Source: an uncultured Planctomycetales bacterium (GTDB taxonomy: Bacteria; Omnitrophota; Gorgyraeia; Zapsychrales; JAHFFX01). Taken from it: a stretch of 64,000 bases of DNA. The position numbers and the translations under genes were made by a program. The stretch's first letter is position 1. Each line of letters begins with the position of its first letter. Under the pieces are notes generated by a model, which saw nothing but the letters and a program-made list of their open reading frames with translations, was not told where the DNA came from and did no database searches. Below, one piece after another: positions 31,428 through 40,838 of the stretch. Location: the NCBI GenBank assembly GCA_964464475.1, contig CAYXGG010000001.1:23174-87173 (forward strand), given 5' to 3'.

Positions 31428-31853
31428 GTGATTATGGTGGTCAATAAACACATCAAAGGTTTTACTTTAATTGAAATCCTGCTGGTCGTGATTATCATCG
31501 GCGCTTTGGCGGCGATGGTCATTCCCCGTTTTGCGGGGCGTTCCGAACAGGCCAAAAAAGCGGTGGCTCAGTCGGACATTGAAGCTAACTTAGCTACGGC
31601 GCTTAAGCTTTATGAATTAGACAACGGTAATTTTCCTACCACGGCCCAGGGATTGGAGGCGTTATTAACCAAACCGACCACGCCCCCGGTTCCCAAAAAT
31701 TGGAATACACCGTATATTGAGAAGGTCGCACTTGACCCTTGGGGGAGGCCTTATGTGTATGCATCTCCGGGCGATCATCGCACCGATTATGATTTGTATT
31801 CCAAAGGCAGGGATGAATCGAAAGAGGACGATGATATCGTTAATTGGAAATAG
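31428..31853 (+). CDS. gspG: Major pseudopilin GspG
   Basis: KG|FTLIEILLVV prepilin site with E5, ALKLYELDNGNFPTTAQGLEAL, DPWGRPYVY, DDIVNW. Confidence 0.93.
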   Translation: MIMVVNKHIKGFTLIEILLVVIIIGALAAMVIPRFAGRSEQAKKAVAQSDIEANLATALKLYELDNGNFPTTAQGLEALLTKPTTPPVPKNWNTPYIEKVALDPWGRPYVYASPGDHRTDYDLYSKGRDESKEDDDIVNWK

Positions 31854-32277
31854 ATTGTTTGTCCCTGGATTAGCCCTACCATCGGGAAGGCGGCGTCAGC
31901 CTAAAGGGATGACATTTTTGGAAGTGCTTTTGACAGCGTCGATCCTCTCTTTGGGGTTTGTTGGGGTTTATCGAATTTATTTTTCAATTTTTGACGCGTA
32001 TCATCATTTATCCTGTCGCTTACAGGCTTTTAATGTCATGAATGATCACTTAAGTCAGCTGCAGCGGTATCTTCAGGATAGTGGTCAGCTGCCTTTGGGA
32101 GGAGAGTCCCAGAGTCGGACTGTGACCATTGATCGGCAGGAAGTTGTTTTTTCTACACAGTCTCACTGGGAAAACGTTGATGATCTACCTAAAATATTCC
32201 GAGTGACGATTGAATTAAATTGGCGAGAACGTTTGGGCCCCAAACAGTTAACCCGAACCCTATTTCTTTCCGCCTAA
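31831..32277 (+). CDS. Minor pseudopilin (GspI/PilV-like)
   Basis: KG|MTFLEVLL prepilin site. Likely start is ATG 31831, overlapping the gspG end (track start 31717 is too long). Confidence 0.75.
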   Translation: MISLIGNRLFVPGLALPSGRRRQPKGMTFLEVLLTASILSLGFVGVYRIYFSIFDAYHHLSCRLQAFNVMNDHLSQLQRYLQDSGQLPLGGESQSRTVTIDRQEVVFSTQSHWENVDDLPKIFRVTIELNWRERLGPKQLTRTLFLSA

Positions 32278-32289
32278 CCATAACTATCC

Positions 32290-32919
32290 GTGCGCACTAT
32301 TTCCCATCCGTTATTTCGAAAGAAGAGTCATACGAGCGGTTTTACGTTGCTAGAGACTCTGCTGGTCGCGTCGTTAGTCTCGCTTGTGGGTGCCGCATTA
32401 TTTCAGGCGGTAACCAATGGATTAAAGCTTTGGCAACGCAGCCGAATCGTGGTTGTTGAGGAAGATGCGTTGATTTTTTTTGATAAATTGGCAAGAGATT
32501 TGGAAAACAGTGTGCGTTTTTCATTGCTTTCTTTTGATGGAAAGTCGCGCCGCTTGATTATTCCCACCCGGGTGCAGATTGAGCCTGAGCCCCGTTCGTC
32601 TTTTCGGCAGGATCAACTGACGACACAGCTGGGGCTCGTGGAGTATTCCTGGGACGCGGCGAGCCATGCGGTTATCCGACGACAATCTTCCTATGGAGAG
32701 GCTTTGGCGCGCAGCTTCGGTCCGCCTCAAACATTAGTGACTTCCGTCGACGCGATGCGTTTTCGCTATTTTGCGGATGGGGGAGATGGTAGGGCCTCCC
32801 CGCGCGAAGCCGTGAGCTATCGGCCCTTGGCGGTAGAGGTTCACCTAACGCTTAAAGATGAACGTGGCGAACGTAATCTTAGTCGATTCATTAACTTGCC
32901 TTTTGGGGGACAACCATGA
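32290..32919 (+). CDS. gspJ: Minor pseudopilin GspJ-like
   Basis: SG|FTLLETLLV prepilin site, LARDLEN helix, C-terminal PLAVEVHLTL. Confidence 0.8.
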   Translation: MRTISHPLFRKKSHTSGFTLLETLLVASLVSLVGAALFQAVTNGLKLWQRSRIVVVEEDALIFFDKLARDLENSVRFSLLSFDGKSRRLIIPTRVQIEPEPRSSFRQDQLTTQLGLVEYSWDAASHAVIRRQSSYGEALARSFGPPQTLVTSVDAMRFRYFADGGDGRASPREAVSYRPLAVEVHLTLKDERGERNLSRFINLPFGGQP

Positions 32920-33959
32920 AACGCTGTCTACGTTCCCGGCAAGGAAGTTTGCTGGTATTGGCTTTATGGTCTTTGGGGTTGTTGGCGGTGTTGGTGATCG
33001 CGATGGCATCCAATTTACGCCAGAAAATGAGTTTGTTGGGGCGATTGGAAAAACGAGAGACTACTCTGGCGGTCGCTCAGGCGGGGGTTCAGTACGCCAT
33101 GGCTTTTTTAAATAATGATCTGGAGAAGAATGGCTTTGATCTAACGCACAAAACAAAAATGAACCGGATGAATAATCCCCATCGCTTTAACGAGATCATA
33201 CTTCCGGATGGAGTTGCGCAAGTGAGCTATCAACTTTCCGTCGGCGGTGTTGAATCGGAAAAAATGTATGGTATCATGGATGAAGAAAGTAAAATAAATC
33301 TTAATCACGTCGACGAGAAGGTCATCCGATCCTTGCTGGGAGAAATTTTGAAATTAAGCGGTGATGAATTGGATCAATTATCAGTGAGTATTGCGGATTG
33401 GCGCAAAATTGGTTCCAGCGAACTGTCCGGATTTTATAGTGATGATTATTATCAAAATTTACGTTCGCCCTACCCGGTCAAGGACGCGGATTATGAACTA
33501 TTAGATGAATTGTTGCTGGTTCGGGGCATGTCTCAGGAGATTTATGACGTGGTGCGTTCCTATGTCACCCTCCTGGGAGATGGTCGGGTGAATGTTAACA
33601 CGGCTTCTGGACCAGTTTTGCGAGCTTTGGGGTTGGATTCATTGGTCGTTGATAAAATTTTAATAGCCCGCTCGGGGGCAGACGGCCAAGAAGCCACGGC
33701 CGATGATTTATTTTTTATGCGTCCTTACGATGTGGCGACCGACGTTCATTCGATAGTCCCTCTGAAACCTGAAGAAATTGCTCAGATTGAAGAAGTGAAT
33801 GCCCGCGGATTGCTGGGGATCCAATCCAGTTTTTATCGGATAGAAAGTTTCGGTCGTCTCTCGGGAGCCTCATCGGGGGAAAAAATCATGGCTATTTTTG
33901 ATGCCACACAGCGTAAATGCATCTACTGGCATCAGGAATCAACGGCGAGTTTAAATTAA
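32916..33959 (+). CDS. gspK: Minor pseudopilin GspK
   Basis: QG|SLLVLALW (no E5), DEESKINLN, IADWR, ELLLVRGM, VNVNTAS..VLRAL. Confidence 0.9.
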   Translation: MKRCLRSRQGSLLVLALWSLGLLAVLVIAMASNLRQKMSLLGRLEKRETTLAVAQAGVQYAMAFLNNDLEKNGFDLTHKTKMNRMNNPHRFNEIILPDGVAQVSYQLSVGGVESEKMYGIMDEESKINLNHVDEKVIRSLLGEILKLSGDELDQLSVSIADWRKIGSSELSGFYSDDYYQNLRSPYPVKDADYELLDELLLVRGMSQEIYDVVRSYVTLLGDGRVNVNTASGPVLRALGLDSLVVDKILIARSGADGQEATADDLFFMRPYDVATDVHSIVPLKPEEIAQIEEVNARGLLGIQSSFYRIESFGRLSGASSGEKIMAIFDATQRKCIYWHQESTASLN

Positions 33960-33961
33960 CC

Positions 33962-35476
33962 ATGTTCTCAGCGGAACCAGATAATATCAGTGTCAGTTTA
34001 GTGAATGATGTCCTGCGGGTCGCGGGAGTTCGTGCGTCCGGTTCTTCACTGGAAGTGGTTATTTGCGCAAAACGTGACGTTAAAGGGCAGACCGAGGATG
34101 AAATTGCTAAAACGCTTCGATCCGTGTTAACGGGAGTCAATTTTAAAAAGATTCCAGCTTATTGCCTGATTCCACCGTCAGCCGTCACGACCAAAAATAT
34201 CGAGATTCCTTCCAAAGATCCTACGGAAATCAAATCAATTATTAATCTTCAGGCCGGGAGGCATACCCCGTACTCTCGAGAAGAAATTCAAATGGGTTAT
34301 ATCAACATCGGAGTCTATCAAGTTAACTACACCAAGGTTTTGCTAGTCATCGCCAACCGCCAAGTTATTAAGACGCCGCTGCGTATCATGGAGGCGGCCG
34401 GATTAAGGGTGGAAAAGGTTCTTTTTTCTCCAGAAGGGATCGGGCATTTCTATGGAAAAGCTTTAGGCTTTTCCCGGCACGATTCCCCCATTGGTATTAT
34501 TGATGTCGCCCAGGACGGGACCGATTTTATGATTGTGCTTAAAGGTATTGTTATTGCTTGCCGGCATATCCCTTGGGGCGCTTCGCAATTGGCTCAAGGA
34601 CAAAGTCATTTGAAAAAGCTAGTTGAAGAAATCCGTTTGTCGGTGGAAGCGTACATTAATGAAGATATTGATAAGCCTCCGCTACAGTATTTATTGACAT
34701 CGAAAGATCCCTTAGTGGCCGCTTTGGTCGAGCCTTTGTCGGTCCAATTATCAGTTCCGGTAAAGATTGAAGCGTATCGGGAAAAAATGCGTTTGACCGG
34801 TCCCGTTCAAAAAATATTGGCACCAATGGCGTCGGATTCCTTCTTGGATATTTTTGCTGGGGTTTACCAGCCTGCCGAAGCGCAGATCGATTTGCTACCT
34901 GAAGAAACCAAATTGCAACGCAGCATTCAATCCCAGGGCCACGAAGTCATCAAACTCGGCGCGTATGTCATTACCATTCTTATTTTCTTGACCTGCTTGT
35001 TCTTCGGTGAAATCTATTTTAAGAATACATTCTTAACTAAATTAAATGCTACTTATAGCAAACACCATGATCAGGTGGCGCAGCTTGAGAAGATTGCCGC
35101 GCGTACACGCATCGTCAAAGATTTTTTTAACAGTCGTATGACTACCTTAGAGGCGACTAAAGAGCTCTATAGGCTTTTACCGCAAGAAATATATCTGGAA
35201 AGCTTTTTATTGGATGATAAGGGAGCTTTAAGCATTAAAGGTATTTCCGAATCCATGTCCAAGGTTTTTTCTTTGGTTACGGCATTGGAAGAATCGAGTC
35301 TTTTTAAGAATGTTAAGACTCAGTCGACCAGCGCTAAGAAAGAGCGGGGCAAAGACGTTGCGGCTTTTGAGATTATTTTTAAGCTTGAGACTGCCAAGGA
35401 TGATCCGTCTCAGGTTAAAGGTGATACTAAAAAAGAAAATGCGAGTACTGAGGCCTCACGAGAGAATAAATCATGA
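33962..35476 (+). CDS. pilM: PilM-PilN (GspL-like) fusion alignment protein
   Basis: Actin-like cytoplasmic domain (IIDVAQDGT, RHIPWGASQL), IDLLP motif, single TM, then PilN-like LSIKGIS..LEESSLFKNV. Start re-assigned to ATG 33962. Confidence 0.8.
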   Translation: MFSAEPDNISVSLVNDVLRVAGVRASGSSLEVVICAKRDVKGQTEDEIAKTLRSVLTGVNFKKIPAYCLIPPSAVTTKNIEIPSKDPTEIKSIINLQAGRHTPYSREEIQMGYINIGVYQVNYTKVLLVIANRQVIKTPLRIMEAAGLRVEKVLFSPEGIGHFYGKALGFSRHDSPIGIIDVAQDGTDFMIVLKGIVIACRHIPWGASQLAQGQSHLKKLVEEIRLSVEAYINEDIDKPPLQYLLTSKDPLVAALVEPLSVQLSVPVKIEAYREKMRLTGPVQKILAPMASDSFLDIFAGVYQPAEAQIDLLPEETKLQRSIQSQGHEVIKLGAYVITILIFLTCLFFGEIYFKNTFLTKLNATYSKHHDQVAQLEKIAARTRIVKDFFNSRMTTLEATKELYRLLPQEIYLESFLLDDKGALSIKGISESMSKVFSLVTALEESSLFKNVKTQSTSAKKERGKDVAAFEIIFKLETAKDDPSQVKGDTKKENASTEASRENKS

Positions 35477-36192
35477 TCCAACAGTGGTTTGTTAAATTAT
35501 CCGCGGGAGAGCGCAAACTTTTTTATGGGGCGGCGGCTTTTTTATTGTTGGCGGTCATTGACCGTTCTTTCTGGGGGCCGGTCCGGGCGCAATTAAAACA
35601 AGTTGAAGAACGCATTCGGCACGAAGAAGGTAATATCCGGCAGAATTTGCGATTGCTAGCGTATAAAAAACGCATACTTGAAGAACAGGACGTATTCTCA
35701 TCTTATTTTATCCAGAAAGTAAGTTCGGAAGAAGAAATTATTGCCGAGTTTCTCAAGAAAATTGAAATCATGGCTACTGAAGCCAATATTAATTTAATCA
35801 AAGTGACGCCTTCAGAAGGTAAGCAGCGCAAGGGTTTTAAAGAGTATCTTGCGAGTTTGGAATGCGCCGGAAATATGGAACAGTTAATTAAATTTTTGCA
35901 TTTAATTGATGGATCTAAAGATTTATTGCGGACTTCCAAATTAGCGCTGCTACCTAAGAAAGGGTCCGAGACCAACGAAGTCAACGCGACGATGGCCATC
36001 ACCAAGGTGTTGATTGATCCTTTAGAAGGTATGCCGATGACTTCGAAAAAGAATAAGACGATTCGACTGGAAGATCTCGGTATCCAGGGCACGATGAATG
36101 TCCCCGTTAAGATGGAGTCCAACGTTCCCCCGGAGCCAAATGCGAAACCCAAAAGAGGAAATGTCGATGCGGTTAAGTTTTCGCAAGATTAA
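35473..36192 (+). CDS. PilO/GspM-like alignment protein
   Basis: LSAGERKL + TM + coiled coil + ferredoxin-like domain (LECAGNMEQLIKFLHLID). Confidence 0.78.
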   Translation: MIQQWFVKLSAGERKLFYGAAAFLLLAVIDRSFWGPVRAQLKQVEERIRHEEGNIRQNLRLLAYKKRILEEQDVFSSYFIQKVSSEEEIIAEFLKKIEIMATEANINLIKVTPSEGKQRKGFKEYLASLECAGNMEQLIKFLHLIDGSKDLLRTSKLALLPKKGSETNEVNATMAITKVLIDPLEGMPMTSKKNKTIRLEDLGIQGTMNVPVKMESNVPPEPNAKPKRGNVDAVKFSQD

Positions 36193-37021
36193 AGTTTCCA
36201 TTATCTTTCTCATCGGGCTGCTGGCGTGGGCTGCGGGTGTTGCGGTCCCCGTTGCCGTTGCGCAACAAGAAATCCGGGACATCTATCAGCAGGCTGAGAC
36301 CGCGTTTAACGCTGGTGAGTATCAGAAAGCGATCAACCTTTTTGAAAAGGTTTTGGACCTGAATCCCAAATTTGCTCCCGCTTACAACGCTATTGGGCTT
36401 TGTCATAAGCAGATGAACACGCCATTGCCGGAAGTAATTTGGTATTTTAAGACAGCCCTAGAATATGATCCCAATTTTGTTGATGCCAGTAGTAGCCTTG
36501 CCAAGGCTTATTATGGGTTAGGCCAATTCGATAATGCCGAAAAAGTTTGTTTGGATGGACTGAAAATTAATCCGGACCACCTGGATTCAAAGCTGTCGTT
36601 GGGTTGGATTTACTTGCTGGGGAAGGGGAAACCTAAAGACGCGATTCCTTATTTCAAGGATGTCTTTGATCAGGCTCAGCTACCTAATGCGGCGCTCGGG
36701 CTGGGCATGGCGTATTTTATGAGTGATGATCGCGTGGGGGCCATGGATATGATTACGGCGCTGAAAGAATTAAAACAGATTGATATGGCGACACAGCTCG
36801 AGAATATGGTGCGTGGCAATGAGTTTAATAAGGAAGAAGAAGGTCGGCAGTTAGTTCATCCTGTTGAGCGCCCACCGCCTCGCGTTGCCCCGGGGGGAAC
36901 GACTATCACGGGTGCTAGCGGCGTGATGCGCGTGCGTTTACGCGGTAAACTCATCAATATGGGAAACGCGGAGATTCAAGGTTCCGCCAGTTCGGGGAAT
37001 CCTTCCGCAAGTTCGTATTAG
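36161..37021 (+). CDS. Exported TPR protein (PilF/pilotin-like position)
   Basis: Signal peptide followed by several TPRs (AINLFEKVLDLNPKFAPAYNAIG; ALEYDPNF..SLAKAYYGLG). RBS GAGGA before ATG 36161/36167. Confidence 0.8.
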   Translation: MSMRLSFRKIKVSIIFLIGLLAWAAGVAVPVAVAQQEIRDIYQQAETAFNAGEYQKAINLFEKVLDLNPKFAPAYNAIGLCHKQMNTPLPEVIWYFKTALEYDPNFVDASSSLAKAYYGLGQFDNAEKVCLDGLKINPDHLDSKLSLGWIYLLGKGKPKDAIPYFKDVFDQAQLPNAALGLGMAYFMSDDRVGAMDMITALKELKQIDMATQLENMVRGNEFNKEEEGRQLVHPVERPPPRVAPGGTTITGASGVMRVRLRGKLINMGNAEIQGSASSGNPSASSY

Positions 37022-39714
37022 TTTTCCCTGCTCGTTAGGGGTCCATCCAGTTCCTGCCGAAAATTATTCCAGTTGATTTCATAAACCAAAATCTGAGTTC
37101 TTCCCGTCAGGTCGCTGTCGGCAAAGAAGGGTTTAAAGAATTTAAGCCCTTGACCTTTGAAATAATATAATCGAAATAGCACTGAGCGCGCTAATCGAGG
37201 ATCCGCGAGGATGACGCTGAGGCGACCGTTATCATCTAATAACAGCACGTTATAGCCTAGAGTGTTGCCGGGAATTTTGGCTTCTACGTATTGTCCCTGC
37301 TCATCGAGGTATTGAATGGCCGCCGGAATTCCCTGGCCAAATTTAGGGGAGCGGATTTCGCAGCGTTTGGTCGATAAGTTTATGGCGACTCCCTGATCGA
37401 AGAGTACCGTATCGCCGGAGAGACCAACTGCATGAAGTGGTTCACTGTAGTGCAACGGCCCACCCGCTAGATTCCAAAGGAAATCAATATATTCTTTACT
37501 TTTGCGCGATGGAAGCTTAGCGCGTGTTGCTGGATGGGCGTTGATTTCTTCCACTTTCTTAAAATTCCAGCGATCCAGGAAACTTAATATCAGGCTTTTC
37601 TCGACGATTTCATTGTAAATGAATAGATATGCCGGTGGGGGTGCGGCGTGCGTGAGTTTAAGTAACGCGCGGGATTGTTCTGGAGGGAATGAGGCGTTGT
37701 TTAAAAACAGTTGGGCTTGGAATGGGTTGAGGCCGCCAATGACTTTGAGGAGTTCGACCGCTACGGATGTTTTGGCGCCGAGGCTGACCAAATAATCGCA
37801 GGCGGCGTTGGCGCTGTTGTTAAGCATGCGCAATATGCCTAAGGCTTCACGTTCATCGGTGGCTAGAAAAACATTAGCCATCCAGTAGGCTTGAGGAAAA
37901 TTAATGGTAGCTCCGTCAAAGGTGACACGACGCTTGGCCATCGCCTTGATAAAGTGCCCTGGCGGCCACCAGGAATTGACGATGGCGTCCTGAGGCGTCG
38001 CTTGATTTATTTTCTGGAACGCGTTGTCCCAGGTACGATTGTAGATGCGGGTAATTTGAGATGGCGTTGTCACCTGGGCGTGGATGACCGCCGGAATCAT
38101 CAGTAGCAACGGGATACTTCCGAGCGAAAGTTTGAACCAAGAGAAAGAGTTCTGCTTGTTCTGGGGGAATGGGAATTTGCTTTCAAGCCAATGCGTGAGT
38201 TCTTCCAGTCCAAAACAAATCAGCAGAACGAGTGGCGTTAAGAATAATAACGCGAAACGCTGAGCTCCTAAGGTCAGTAAGAAAGCGCTAGTGGCTAAGG
38301 CGAAGAATAGAATAATGCCAAAATAATTAGATTTCTCCCGGGATGAAAAGAATTTAATCGCGACGAGACCAGCGCCGAAGGCTCCTAATATTAATATCCA
38401 GCCACCGCCGCTGAGTTCAATCAAATCCGCTAAGGTCATCCGCTTTAATTCTCCGACGGTCACATAAATATCCGGCCAGATGGATAATTGCGGATTCATA
38501 AAATCTTTGAGCGCTTTGAGTCCTTCCGAAAATAGAGCAAAGAATTGAGTCGGTCCGAAAGTCACCGCAATACCTAAGAATGTCCCCAGCGCGAATGCCG
38601 GCCATATGAGCCAGAATCCCTTGCGGCGCTGGGTTACGGGTACGAGCCAGAGATTGAGTCCAGAAAGGATGATCAAGGTCAGGGTAATGATCGTAAAGTG
38701 AAACATCCAGCCGTGCCAGAATAGCGCGTAAAGATTCATAATAAGTCCTGCGATAAAACCGCTAAACAATCGTCCTCGGGGATTACTACCATCACGAAAT
38801 GCCAGTAACAGCGGCAGGCAAACCAGAAGCGGAAAAAGTAAACTGTAGGGGTCGTTGTCGTACCAGCCAAAAAGACTGCGTTTGATGAGTAGCGGGCAGC
38901 AAGCTAGTAGCATCGCTCCAGCCAGAGTCGTCATCGGGCGGAAATTAAGTAGCCACCCCGTCCAGACGAAGGCCAATAAGAAGAAGGCGGTGATGATTAG
39001 AGGCGTAAAGCTGACCGCGTACATGAGCTCGGTCTCTGGGCGAAAGAATTTGAGTACGTGATAAATAGTCAATCCCACATATGGATGAAGCGTTAAGGGC
39101 TCCCAGTGTCCCTCCGGGGCGAGCATCAGGCGATTTAAATATTTGCTGCCGGATTGGGAGTCACTTAAACGTCCGGTCGAAAGTAGGTTGTCGGTCAGGT
39201 TGTAATAATTAAAAGGGTCCGCTTCCAGAAGATAAGGATAACGCTGTGGGCCTGGCTGGGCCTTCTCTATTTGGACAGCCAGACGTTCAATGCGCTGCAA
39301 CAATGATTTGCTTTCAGTGTGCATGCGACGATCAAATTCTTTCTTGATGGTTTGGTCGCGAATTGCTTCGGGTAACTGTGGGGAATGCGTGATAATTTGT
39401 TCAGCGACACTGGCGCGCAATTGATTGATGGCCAATAGGCTGGCTTTCTCGTAAGACTCAGTGGAATAAAAATGACGCAGCGGGTAACTACGGAAATAAA
39501 GGGCTACCAGCACGGCAAGTATCCAAACCAGCGCATAGGCACCGAACGTGAGCGCGAATGAGGGGCGTAGCGTTGTCGGAGCTGGAGGTTGGGCTAAGGG
39601 AATATTTTTCATAACGGAAAAGATTGAGGCCATTGTAATGGGCGTTGGCAAGGGATGCAAGCCCGGAGCGGAAATTCTTAATCTGGAACGAGCATATTTT
39701 GAAAAAGTCGGCAA
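37018..39714 (-). CDS. STT3/PglB/AglB-family oligosaccharyltransferase, atypical WWPPG
   Basis: LEADPFNYY, RSLFGWYDND (DxD), TVGE (TIxE/SVSE), a dozen or so TM segments, SWWPPGH in place of WWDxG, then VTFDGA. True start probably downstream (e.g. ATG at 39612). Confidence 0.85.
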   Translation of the reverse strand: MPTFSKYARSRLRISAPGLHPLPTPITMASIFSVMKNIPLAQPPAPTTLRPSFALTFGAYALVWILAVLVALYFRSYPLRHFYSTESYEKASLLAINQLRASVAEQIITHSPQLPEAIRDQTIKKEFDRRMHTESKSLLQRIERLAVQIEKAQPGPQRYPYLLEADPFNYYNLTDNLLSTGRLSDSQSGSKYLNRLMLAPEGHWEPLTLHPYVGLTIYHVLKFFRPETELMYAVSFTPLIITAFFLLAFVWTGWLLNFRPMTTLAGAMLLACCPLLIKRSLFGWYDNDPYSLLFPLLVCLPLLLAFRDGSNPRGRLFSGFIAGLIMNLYALFWHGWMFHFTIITLTLIILSGLNLWLVPVTQRRKGFWLIWPAFALGTFLGIAVTFGPTQFFALFSEGLKALKDFMNPQLSIWPDIYVTVGELKRMTLADLIELSGGGWILILGAFGAGLVAIKFFSSREKSNYFGIILFFALATSAFLLTLGAQRFALLFLTPLVLLICFGLEELTHWLESKFPFPQNKQNSFSWFKLSLGSIPLLLMIPAVIHAQVTTPSQITRIYNRTWDNAFQKINQATPQDAIVNSWWPPGHFIKAMAKRRVTFDGATINFPQAYWMANVFLATDEREALGILRMLNNSANAACDYLVSLGAKTSVAVELLKVIGGLNPFQAQLFLNNASFPPEQSRALLKLTHAAPPPAYLFIYNEIVEKSLILSFLDRWNFKKVEEINAHPATRAKLPSRKSKEYIDFLWNLAGGPLHYSEPLHAVGLSGDTVLFDQGVAINLSTKRCEIRSPKFGQGIPAAIQYLDEQGQYVEAKIPGNTLGYNVLLLDDNGRLSVILADPRLARSVLFRLYYFKGQGLKFFKPFFADSDLTGRTQILVYEINWNNFRQELDGPLTSREN

Positions 39715-39721
39715 TTCTAAC

Positions 39722-39750
39722 TTTACACTCCGAATTTAATTTGCTATATT
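39722..39750 (+). promoter_or_regulatory. Sigma70-type promoter for tRNA-Lys
   Basis: TTTACA-17 bp-TATATT, with TG extension. Confidence 0.55.
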
Positions 39751-39799
39751 GGTGCCTCTTTTGAGAGTAAAGGTGTCTTTGGTCTTTATAAAACTCTTT

Positions 39800-39875
39800 G
39801 GGCCATTAGCTCATCTGGTAGAGCAACTGACTCTTAATCAGTGGGTGGCAAGTTCAAGTCTTGCATGGCCCACCA
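39800..39875 (+). tRNA. tRNA-Lys (CTT)
   Basis: 76 nt. Acceptor GGGCCAT/ATGGCCC, D-arm GCTC/GAGC, anticodon arm ACTGA-CTCTTAA-TCAGT, T-arm GCAAG-TTCAAGT-CTTGC, encoded CCA. Confidence 0.97.
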
Positions 39876-39898
39876 AATTTTCATAATTTGGTGAGCGG

Positions 39899-39933
39899 AG
39901 GGCGGCATCCCGAAGGATTCGGGATGCCGCCCT
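39899..39933 (+). terminator. Perfect 16-bp GC-rich hairpin after the tRNA (terminator or processing stem)
   Basis: AGGGCGGCATCCCGAA-GGA-TTCGGGATGCCGCCCT, followed by AT-rich sequence but no clean U-tract. Confidence 0.6.
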
Positions 39934-40009
39934 TGCTTAAAATTATTAATTCCAGCTGGAATTATCTGGAAATCTTTTTAGAATAAATCCCGCGTAAAGG
40001 AGAAATTGA

Positions 40010-40834
40010 TTGTCTTCCTCTAAAATTGATATTGCTTCCCTTAAACAAAAGGCGTACCAGTTTCGGCAAGAAATTCTGGAGACCTTACATTTGGCTGGTT
40101 CAGGCCACCCGGGCGGTTCGCTGTCGGCCGTTGAAATCTTCATTAGTCTTTATTTTTACAAATTGAATTACCGGGCTCATGATCCGAAATGGGAGGATCG
40201 CGATCGCGTGATTATGTCTAAGGGGCATTGCTCCCCCGTGACGTATGTGACGCTCGCTAACGCGGGATTTTTTCCTAAAGAAGAATTGAAGACTTTCCGT
40301 AAATTCGGTTCCCGATTGCAAGGGCACGTGCACTATAAGGTGCCGGGGGTTGAATTTAATACCGGTTCTTTGGGTCATGGGTTGTCGGTGGCCAATGGGT
40401 TGGGTTTGGGTGCTCGTTTGATGAATAAAAGTTTTAATACGTATTGTATTCTGGGGGATGGCGAAATCCAGGAGGGTTCGGTTTGGGAAGCCGCGATGAC
40501 GGCGCCGCATCATAAATTGGATAATGTCTGTGCTATCGTTGATTGTAACCAAGTGCAGGAAAACGGATTGACGAAGGACATCAAGAATCTGGAGCCCTTG
40601 GCAGATAAATGGAAAAGTTTTGGTTGGCACGTTATTGATATTGACGGTCACGATTTTGGGCAGCTGACGAGTGCCCTGGATGAGTTTACATCCACCAAGG
40701 GTAAACCGACTGTGATCATCGCTCGGACCATCAAAGGCAAAGGAGTTCCTTTTATGGAACTTAAATCCGCCTGGCATGGCAAGGCCCCGAATAAAGAACA
40801 GTTAACGAGCGCCTTAGCGGAGTTAAAGAAATAG
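40010..40834 (+). CDS. tkt: Transketolase, N-terminal subunit
   Basis: SGHPGGSLS, DRVIMSKGH, TGSLGHG, GDGEIQEG, TIKGKG..WHG. Confidence 0.95.
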   Translation: MSSSKIDIASLKQKAYQFRQEILETLHLAGSGHPGGSLSAVEIFISLYFYKLNYRAHDPKWEDRDRVIMSKGHCSPVTYVTLANAGFFPKEELKTFRKFGSRLQGHVHYKVPGVEFNTGSLGHGLSVANGLGLGARLMNKSFNTYCILGDGEIQEGSVWEAAMTAPHHKLDNVCAIVDCNQVQENGLTKDIKNLEPLADKWKSFGWHVIDIDGHDFGQLTSALDEFTSTKGKPTVIIARTIKGKGVPFMELKSAWHGKAPNKEQLTSALAELKK

Positions 40835-40838
40835 TCAT

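Noticed and set aside
31717-31830. Long N-terminal extensions in the ORF track (31717, 30530, 33917, 36098, 56979, 62987)
   Set aside because: They overlap upstream genes; downstream starts fit signal peptides, RBS or promoter positions better.
39800-39875. tRNA-Lys as the attachment site of an integrated element
   Set aside because: No integrase, I saw no duplicated tRNA 3' end in the window, and the flanking genes are housekeeping.
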